Source: Candidatus Iainarchaeum sp.
Lineage (GTDB): Archaea > Iainarchaeota > Iainarchaeia > Iainarchaeales > CSSED10-239
DNA: 5,570 nt
Direction of reading: 5' to 3'
Assembly: GCA_937968065.1 (NCBI GenBank)
Contig: CALBUD010000008.1
Location: forward strand, 1 to 5,570
Shown here: piece by piece, positions 1 to 4,726 of the stretch
Layout of the letters: each line of letters begins with the position of its first letter
Position numbering within the stretch: position 1 is the first letter of the stretch
Notes under the pieces: model-generated
Told to the model about the DNA's origin: nothing
The model's database searches: none
Seen by the model: only the letters and a program-made list of their open reading frames with translations
Position numbers and translations under genes: made by a program

Positions 1-41
1 GCCCTGTTCAATGTATAGAACTTAAAGAAGAATAAATAATA

Positions 42-50
42 TTTATAAAA
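42..50 (+). promoter_or_regulatory. TATA-box-like element (TTTATAAAA) upstream of the endonuclease IV-like gene
   Basis: It matches the archaeal TATA consensus (TTTAWA-type) and lies about 50 nt upstream of the ATG at 98. A transcript starting ~25 nt downstream would still include the AAGGA ribosome-binding site. In sequence this AT-rich, such matches are frequent by chance. Confidence 0.2.
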
Positions 51-86
51 AATTAATTTCTACTATCTTAGTTATTTTTTAAATAT

Positions 87-91
87 AAGGA
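87..91 (+). promoter_or_regulatory. Shine-Dalgarno-like AAGGA for the CDS at 98
   Basis: AAGGA followed by an A-run spacer before the ATG at 98-100. Confidence 0.5.
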
Positions 92-97
92 AAAAAA

Positions 98-949
98 ATG
101 AAATTAGATAAATTAAACTTTGGTCCAGCTGGTTTTGGAGGAACAATTATAGAAATTCCAAAAAATAGTAAAAATCCAACTGCTGATGCTGTTTTAGGTG
201 TTTCAAAATTAGGTCTTTTTGCTCTTGAGATAGAGTTTGTAAGATCTGTTTATCTTAAAAAAAGCCCTCTTGAAAAATTACAAGAGATTAAAGAAAATTC
301 TTTAAATAAAGATGTTTTATTATCTATACATGCTCCTTATTTTATTAACCTTAATGCTGTTGAAGAACAAAAAATAATAAATTCTCATAGATATATACTT
401 GATTCATTAAATGTTGGACATGAGATTGGAGCCAGAGTTGTTGTTTGTCATATAGGATATTTTTTAAAACAAGAACCTAAAACTGTTTTAGAAAAGATTT
501 CAAAAGAGATTGGTTATATTAAAGATAAATATCAAGGAAAAACAAAACTTGGTATTGAACTTACAGGAAAAAAGACTCAAGTAGGATCTATTGAAGAAAT
601 TTTTTATTTTCTTGAAAAATATCCAAAATTTGTAATGCCTGTAATTGATTTTGCACATCAACATGCAAGAGAAAATGGTTTTTTTAAAAATAAGAAAAAT
701 ATTTCTTTATTTTTTGAAAAATTAAAAAGTTATCCTGAAATTTTTAATGATATGCATATACATATGTCAGGTATTGAATATGGGGAAAAAGGAGAAAGAC
801 ATCATCTACCCTTTAGAGAAGCTGATTTTCCTTATAGAGATATTTTGGAAAAATTAAAAGATAATAAAGCAAAAGGAACTGTTATTTGTGAATCTCCAGA
901 AATTGTAGAAGATGCACTTTTTTTAAAAGAAGTTTATGAAAAATTATAA
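98..949 (+). CDS. Endonuclease IV-like AP endonuclease (AP_endonuc_2 / xylose-isomerase-like TIM barrel), archaeal-type branch
   Basis: 283-aa ORF with an ATG start preceded by AAGGA (87-91) and a TAA stop. The motifs HAPYFINL (H78), CHIGY (H118), IELTG (E154), DFAHQH (D184/H187), HIHMSG (H220/H222), GERHH (E233/H235) and CESP (E265) occur in the same order and similar spacing as the nine metal ligands of E. coli Nfo (H69, H109, E145, D179, H182, H216, D229, H231, E261, recalled from memory). The N-terminal FGPAGF...LEIEFVR pattern resembles archaeal Endo IV-like proteins as I remember them. Confidence 0.85.
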   Translation: MKLDKLNFGPAGFGGTIIEIPKNSKNPTADAVLGVSKLGLFALEIEFVRSVYLKKSPLEKLQEIKENSLNKDVLLSIHAPYFINLNAVEEQKIINSHRYILDSLNVGHEIGARVVVCHIGYFLKQEPKTVLEKISKEIGYIKDKYQGKTKLGIELTGKKTQVGSIEEIFYFLEKYPKFVMPVIDFAHQHARENGFFKNKKNISLFFEKLKSYPEIFNDMHIHMSGIEYGEKGERHHLPFREADFPYRDILEKLKDNKAKGTVICESPEIVEDALFLKEVYEKL

Positions 950-958
950 ACTTTAAAA

Positions 959-1246
959 TTATAAAAGTTCCCAGTCAGAATTTTTAGATTTATCTCCAAA
1001 CTTGCTTTTAATTTTTTCATCAACATTTACAAATTCATCTTTTTTTTCTGAAAGATCTTGTTTTGCTTCAATAAAATTTTCTCTGTTTATAACAGTGCTT
1101 CCTTGTTTTTTAAAATTGTTTATTCTATCAATTGAATCTTCCTTAAATTCACCCTTATGATTACAATTTAAACACTGACTTCTTCTTTCAGCTGGAAGAT
1201 ATTTTGTGTTTATTGAAAAACAATTTGAACAATATTTATATAACAT
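959..1246 (-). CDS. Small C4 zinc-ribbon protein with a long charged tail (95 aa from ATG 1246; 98 aa if GTG 1255 is used)
   Basis: Two CxxC knuckles, C6-S-N-C9 and C25-L-N-C28 (numbered from the ATG at 1246), form a zinc-ribbon/rubredoxin-like pattern. The remainder is rich in K, E and D and looks disordered, and the protein ends in SDWELL. The ATG at 1246 is preceded on the - strand by GTGAT (1255-1251), which matches the GGAGGTGAT anti-16S complement. I therefore prefer ATG 1246 over the GTG in the ORF track. The stop is TAA. Confidence 0.6.
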   Translation of the reverse strand: MLYKYCSNCFSINTKYLPAERRSQCLNCNHKGEFKEDSIDRINNFKKQGSTVINRENFIEAKQDLSEKKDEFVNVDEKIKSKFGDKSKNSDWELL

Positions 1247-1250
1247 TTTT

Positions 1251-1255
1251 ATCAC
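1251..1255 (-). promoter_or_regulatory. GTGAT ribosome-binding element for the zinc-ribbon CDS (ATG 1246)
   Basis: The - strand reads GGGTTGTGATAAAAATG. GTGAT is complementary to the AUCAC part of the 16S 3' end (GAUCACCUCCU), with a 4-nt spacer to the ATG. Confidence 0.4.
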
Positions 1256-1287
1256 AACCCATTATTACTTATTTTTCACAAAAAAAA

Positions 1288-1344
1288 TTTTAAAAGATAT
1301 TTATGTTTGTAGTTGGAAATCTTTAAAAAGATATGTGTTTAGTT
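1288..1344. repeat. Imperfect direct repeat, TTTAAAAGAT(ATTT)ATGTTTGTAGTT / TTTAAAAAGATATGTGTTTAGTT
   Basis: Copy A is at 1288-1314 and copy B at 1322-1344. Both share the AAAAGAT core (1292-1298 and 1326-1332). The 12-mers ATGTTTGTAGTT (1303-1314) and ATGTGTTTAGTT (1333-1344) match at 10 of 12 positions. Copy A carries a 4-nt insertion relative to copy B. Confidence 0.4.
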
Positions 1345-1440
1345 ATTCAAATATTTTTGAATTTTTTTTAAAAAATAAGAAAAGATTTATTAAAGTATTC
1401 TTCTATATATTTTTAATAAACAACTAAAAAAATATTAAAA

Positions 1441-1446
1441 AAGGGA
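1441..1446 (+). promoter_or_regulatory. Shine-Dalgarno-like AAGGGA for the CofE-like CDS
   Basis: AAGGGA lies 6 nt upstream of the ATG at 1453. Confidence 0.4.
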
Positions 1447-1452
1447 TATTAA

Positions 1453-2643
1453 ATGAAAATTGATAAAAAAAACTTAGGAGTTATTGCTTTTGGAATAAAA
1501 ACAGGAATTATAACTTTTGATGATGATATTGTTGAAGTAGTTAAAGAATCTTTAAAAAAAGATAAAGATTTAATAGAAAACGGAGATATTGTTTGTATAA
1601 CAGAAGCAGTTGTTGCAATTACACAACATAATTATGTTTCTTTAGAAGATATTTCAAAAGAAATAAAATATAAGTTAAATCTAAAAGAAGATTCAACAAT
1701 AGGTATTATCTACCCTATTCTTTCAAGAAACAGATTTTCAATGATATTAAAAGGTATTGCAAAATCAGTTCCAAAAGGAAAAATAATCATTCAACTTAAG
1801 TTTCCAGATGATGAACAAGGAAACCCTATAATCAGTAATGAAATGTTAAACAACATGAATAAATTATTTGAAGATAAAATAACAACACAAGAAATAGGAG
1901 ATAAAAGATTTTATCATCCTGAAACTGGTCTTGACTATATAGATTTTTATGAATCTTTAGTTAAAGAAGAAGGAGTTGATGTCGAAGTTTATTTAGGAAA
2001 TTCTACTAAATTTTTAATAGATAAAAAACCAGATGGTATTATTATTTCAAATGTTCATCATAGAAACGATACTTTTAAATCTATTAAAAAAAGAGGTTAT
2101 GAAAATGTTATAACCTTACAGGATATTTGTTCTGATTCATCAAAACTTGCATACTCTGAATATGGTCTTTTAGGTTCTAATATATTAGATCCTGTTAAAG
2201 AAAGAATAAAACTTGCACCTAGAAATGCTGATTTTGTATGTTTAGATGTTCAAAAAATGATAAAACAAGAATTTTTGAAAGATGTTGAAGTAATTGTTTA
2301 TGGAGATGGAGCATATAAAGATCCAGAATCTGGTATTTATGAACTTGCAGATCCTGTTTCTGCTTTTGGAGTAACTCCAGGTATTAAAGATAAAAATAGA
2401 ATTGGTGTTAAAACAAAATATTTAATGCAAAAATTATATAATGAAGGAAAAACAAAAGAAAAAATATTAGAAATTATTCATGAAGAAAAACAAAAATTTA
2501 TAGAAGCACAAAGAAAAGATGCTTTTTCAGGTCAAGGAACAACACCAAGAAAAATTGAAAATTTAGTTTCTTCTCTTGCAGATCTTGTTTCTGGTTCTGC
2601 TGATGCAAATACACCTGTAGTTGTTGTTAGAGGATTTATATAA
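1453..2643 (+). CDS. CofE-like / F420-0:gamma-glutamyl ligase family protein (PF01996-like), long ~400-aa form; substrate unknown
   Basis: 396-aa ORF with AAGGGA (1441-1446) 6 nt upstream of the ATG. N-terminal GDIVCITEAVVAITQ resembles the canonical CofE GD(I/V)(I/V)V(I/V)(S/T)xK(I/V)VSKAEG strand-helix. YGLLGSNILDP resembles NAGID(E/A)SN. C-terminal LADLVSGSADANTPVVVVRG resembles ADE(L/I)AAAAxLVMGxxxExxPVVxVRG. All consensus strings are recalled from memory and were not searched. Confidence 0.7.
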   Translation: MKIDKKNLGVIAFGIKTGIITFDDDIVEVVKESLKKDKDLIENGDIVCITEAVVAITQHNYVSLEDISKEIKYKLNLKEDSTIGIIYPILSRNRFSMILKGIAKSVPKGKIIIQLKFPDDEQGNPIISNEMLNNMNKLFEDKITTQEIGDKRFYHPETGLDYIDFYESLVKEEGVDVEVYLGNSTKFLIDKKPDGIIISNVHHRNDTFKSIKKRGYENVITLQDICSDSSKLAYSEYGLLGSNILDPVKERIKLAPRNADFVCLDVQKMIKQEFLKDVEVIVYGDGAYKDPESGIYELADPVSAFGVTPGIKDKNRIGVKTKYLMQKLYNEGKTKEKILEIIHEEKQKFIEAQRKDAFSGQGTTPRKIENLVSSLADLVSGSADANTPVVVVRGFI

Positions 2644-2651
2644 TTTATATG

Positions 2652-2658
2652 TTTTTTT
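2652..2658 (+). terminator. T7 tract between the CofE-like CDS and the orphan CDS (possible archaeal-type oligo-T pause/terminator)
   Basis: GTTTTTTTAAAAAAAAG lies directly after the TAA at 2641-2643, with no stem-loop. It is preceded by TTTATAT (2644-2650), which sits ~27 nt upstream of ATG 2675 and could instead act as a TATA box for a leaderless transcript of the next gene. Confidence 0.2.
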
Positions 2659-2674
2659 AAAAAAAAGATTAAAA

Positions 2675-3439
2675 ATGTCAGAAAATAAAAAAATTGATAG
2701 CATTCTTACAAATTTAAGTAAATTAAATAATGATAATTTTAATTTTAGATTTATATCTAGTTGGATATTTCCAGATGGTTATATCTTTGAAATTCCTTTA
2801 AGTAATAAACTAAGTTCTTTAGTGTTATTAAATGTTAATAATAATCCTACTGGTCTTTTATACTTTAATGTTACAAATCATAAAATAAACATATCATTTA
2901 TACAAGGAATACCACAAAAAAATAAGATAGAAACAAAAAAACTATGGATTGAAATTTTAATGGATAGTTTTTTACTTTCAAGTGCTCATTTATTAAAAGA
3001 AAAAAATTTCAAATTAGAAATTGACTTTTTTAAAGAAAATAATAGAAGGTCAGATGGAAGAGAAAAATTAATTAAAAAAACAAAAGAAAGTAAAGAAATG
3101 ATTAATAGTTTAAAAGAACAATTAGAAAAAATCGAAGAAACTATAAGATTACAAAAAAAAAGAAATATTGAAAGTTTTTCAACTATTAGAAGATTTAATA
3201 TACTTACAAGAGAAATTGACCAACTTACTATTGAATATAAAACAAATGAATTTATATTAAAGTTATATGGTTCTATTAGAGATAGATATTTTGATAAAAA
3301 TGGAAATTTAAATTTTAAGAAAGAAAGAGTTAAAAAAATATTTAAAGCTTATGAAACTTTAAAAAAAAAGAAACAAGTATTTAGAAGAATTTCAAGTTTT
3401 AAAGAAAGAGTTAAAAAAATAAAAATTAGAAAAAAATAA
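2675..3439 (+). CDS. Hypothetical protein (254 aa): N-terminal globular domain, central coiled-coil-like region, polybasic C-terminal tail
   Basis: Long open frame with the same codon and composition style as its neighbours and a TAA stop. I prefer the ATG at 2675 (MSENKK...) to the TTG at 2621 in the ORF track, because 2621 overlaps the last 23 nt of the upstream CDS and adds only a hydrophobic, junk-like peptide. There is no TM segment or signal peptide. By my hand count, 43 of the last 137 residues are K or R. I do not confidently recognise any family. Confidence 0.65.
   Translation: MSENKKIDSILTNLSKLNNDNFNFRFISSWIFPDGYIFEIPLSNKLSSLVLLNVNNNPTGLLYFNVTNHKINISFIQGIPQKNKIETKKLWIEILMDSFLLSSAHLLKEKNFKLEIDFFKENNRRSDGREKLIKKTKESKEMINSLKEQLEKIEETIRLQKKRNIESFSTIRRFNILTREIDQLTIEYKTNEFILKLYGSIRDRYFDKNGNLNFKKERVKKIFKAYETLKKKKQVFRRISSFKERVKKIKIRKK
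3320..3421 (+). repeat. Perfect 21-nt direct repeat AAAGAAAGAGTTAAAAAAATA (3320-3340 and 3401-3421), in frame, encoding KERVKKI twice
   Basis: I read both copies directly from the sequence. They are 81 nt (27 codons) apart and fall in the same reading frame of the 2675-3439 CDS (residues 216-222 and 243-249). The flanks are also related: FKKERVKKI versus FKERVKKI. Confidence 0.8.
3413..3436 (-). terminator. Oligo-T tracts (T7, T5, T7 on the - strand) immediately 3' of the permease stop, embedded in the Lys-rich end of the opposing CDS
   Basis: The - strand reads TAA-TC... then GATTATTTTTTTCTAATTTTTATTTTTTTAAC downstream of the stop at 3442-3444. Oligo-T runs are the established intrinsic termination signal for archaeal RNA polymerase. 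There is no hairpin, so this would be a poor bacterial terminator. Confidence 0.3.
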
Positions 3440-3441
3440 TC

Positions 3442-4581
3442 TTATTCTATTTCTTTATCAGGTAAAACAAAATTTAGAATAATACCTGTAACTGATGCAA
3501 GACCTACACCTGCAAGAGAGAAAGTTCCTGCAGTAATAATTGCTCCTCCAACACCAATTATTAACATAACACCTACAATTATCATATTTTTAGTTTTATT
3601 TAGATCTGTTGTTGAATCAGTAATTGATTTAATACCAACAACTGTTATCATACCAAATAATAAAAACATAGTTCCTCCTAATATTGAATCAGGAATAGTT
3701 TGCAAAAAACCACTTATTTTTCCAATAAATGCAAAACAAATTGCAGTTATTGCAGCAATTCTTAAGATGACAGGATCTTTTAATTTAGTTAAAACTATAG
3801 CGCCTGTAACTTCAGAATAAGTTGTATTTGGTGGACCTCCAAAAAAACCAGCAAAGATAGTTGCAAAACCATCACCCATTAATGTTCTTTGAATACCTGG
3901 TTTTTTAACAAAATCTTTTCCAACAGCTTTACTTACAGCATACATATCTCCTATATGTTCTATCATTGGAGCAATTGCAACTGGAAGAATAAATAAAATT
4001 GCACCTAAACTAAAAGTTGGAGTTATAAATTGTGGAATTGATATCCAACTTGCATTTGTTATTGCTGAAAAATCAACTTTACCTAGAATAACTGCTAAGA
4101 TATAAGCAATAATAATACTTCCAATTATTGGAAGAAGTTTAAAAGTTCTTTTTCCAAAAATAACAATCGTTATTGCAAAAATTAAAGTTAATATTGCTAG
4201 AATCCAATCATGAGATGCCATATCAACTGCAACTGTTGATAAAGAAAGACCAATAATCATAATTACAGGTCCTACAACAATTGGAGGAAATAATTTTTTA
4301 ATAAAAGGAATTCCTTTTTTTCTAATTATAAAAGAAACTATTAAAAATAAAACACCTGCAGCTATTAAACCTGATAAAGCTCCTGAATATCCATACATTG
4401 TTGTTGCTGCAATAATTGGAACAATAAAGACAAAAGAACTTCCTAAAAAAACAGGAACTATACCTCCTGTAATTAAATGAAATAATAAAGTTCCAGCTCC
4501 TGCTGTAAATAAAGCAATTGAAGGATCAATACCTATAAGTAGAGGAACAAGAACAGTTGCACCAAAAGCAACAAATAACAT
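3442..4581 (-). CDS. uraA: Uracil permease, NCS2 (nucleobase:cation symporter-2) family; the coding region probably begins upstream of 4581
   Basis: Polytopic membrane protein that aligns by eye along its whole length with E. coli UraA. FGATVLVP matches UraA FGATVLVP, and FLGSSFVFI matches YLGSSFAFI. PMIEHIGD matches AEHVGH (Glu241). GGPPNTTYSEVTGA matches GSTPNTTYGENIGV (Glu290), and the Glu rather than Gln at this position favours the uracil clade over the xanthine clade. The called ATG falls inside the conserved TM1 motif (see findings). The stop is TAA. Confidence 0.9.
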   Translation of the reverse strand: MLFVAFGATVLVPLLIGIDPSIALFTAGAGTLLFHLITGGIVPVFLGSSFVFIVPIIAATTMYGYSGALSGLIAAGVLFLIVSFIIRKKGIPFIKKLFPPIVVGPVIMIIGLSLSTVAVDMASHDWILAILTLIFAITIVIFGKRTFKLLPIIGSIIIAYILAVILGKVDFSAITNASWISIPQFITPTFSLGAILFILPVAIAPMIEHIGDMYAVSKAVGKDFVKKPGIQRTLMGDGFATIFAGFFGGPPNTTYSEVTGAIVLTKLKDPVILRIAAITAICFAFIGKISGFLQTIPDSILGGTMFLLFGMITVVGIKSITDSTTDLNKTKNMIIVGVMLIIGVGGAIITAGTFSLAGVGLASVTGIILNFVLPDKEIE

Positions 4582-4726
4582 TTGAATTCCTAAAATTGTT
4601 TTTTTTGGTGTTATTTTTTTATTTTCAATTTCTTTTTTTTCTTTAACTATAAATCATCACATTAACTTAAATAGTTTTTATAAATATAAGGAGATAAAAG
4701 ATTTTTTAAATATATAGTTATTTTTT

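Larger units (their letters stand above)
1256..1452. promoter_or_regulatory. Divergent intergenic/promoter region between the zinc-ribbon gene (-) and the CofE-like gene (+)
   Basis: A 197-nt non-coding gap between divergently oriented starts. It contains several TATA-like tracts (for example TATATAT at 1404-1410, ~45 nt upstream of ATG 1453) and a set of imperfect direct repeats. Exact promoter elements cannot be called in this composition. Confidence 0.45.

Noticed and set aside
1-35. A slightly GC-richer start of the window (GCCCTGTTCAATG...), which might be the 3' end of an upstream gene or of an RNA gene.
   Set aside because: All three + frames hit stops within 35 nt, and there is no tRNA-like T-arm or CCA signature. 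There is too little sequence to support any feature.
1247-1255. GTG at 1255 as the start of the zinc-ribbon CDS (the ORF-track start).
   Set aside because: The GTG is part of a GTGAT element that fits better as the ribosome-binding site for the ATG at 1246, with a 4-nt spacer. The difference is only 3 residues.
1303-1371. Mini-ORFs inside the promoter repeats: MFVVGNL (1303-1326) and MCLVIQIFLNFF (1333-1371).
   Set aside because: They are only 7 and 12 codons long, have no RBS, and lie in a region better explained as a divergent promoter. There is no evidence of coding.
1206-1427. 73-aa + strand ORF from the six-frame track.
   Set aside because: It overlaps the 5' end of the zinc-ribbon CDS on the opposite strand and otherwise lies in the divergent promoter region. 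The translation is low-complexity F/I/K/Y-rich sequence typical of random AT-rich frames, with no RBS and no recognisable motif.
1453-1475. AAAATTGA octamers (for example within ATGAAAATTGATAAA at the start of the CofE-like CDS, and similar at ~2550 and ~2690) recalled giant-virus early promoter motifs. Together with the low GC, this raised the possibility of a giant-virus origin.
   Set aside because: The octamers lie inside coding sequence rather than upstream of genes. The genes are preceded by Shine-Dalgarno-like elements, and the gene content (NCS2 permease, archaeal-type Endo IV) fits a cellular prokaryote better.
2621-2674. TTG start at 2621, which would extend the orphan CDS by 18 residues and overlap the CofE-like CDS by 23 nt.
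   Set aside because: The extension (LLEDLYNLYVFLKKRLK) is mostly read from the 3' end and stop region of the upstream gene and looks non-native. The ATG at 2675 gives a typical MSENKK N-terminus without overlap. Use of the TTG cannot be excluded without data.
4654-4662. On the - strand, ATG (4662-4660) is followed by two in-frame TGA codons (4659-4654) and then runs open into the permease. If TGA were read as Trp (code 4) or Gly (code 25), this would give a 27-residue N-terminal extension of about the right length (M-x-x-FIVKEKKEIENKKITPKKTILGIQ-MLF...).
   Set aside because: The six credible CDSs total about 1,650 codons and contain no in-frame TGA at all. All 8 Trp residues I count in them are necessarily TGG. 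In a genome this AT-rich, a reassigned TGA would be expected to be common within genes. All six stops are TAA, so TGA usage is simply rare here. It is kept only as a minor alternative in the permease start finding. It could be revisited by counting in-frame TGA in conserved genes across the whole genome.
4688-4693. A perfect AAGGAG Shine-Dalgarno-like hexamer on the + strand in the hydrolase-permease spacer. The preceding AAATATAAGGA also matches the sequence upstream of the CDS at 98.
   Set aside because: No ATG, GTG or TTG lies at a usable distance downstream on the + strand. The only continuation is ATT TTT TAA or ATA-AAA-GAT-TTT-TTA-AAT-ATA-TAG, so no ORF is served. An 11-nt AT-rich match at this composition is plausibly chance.
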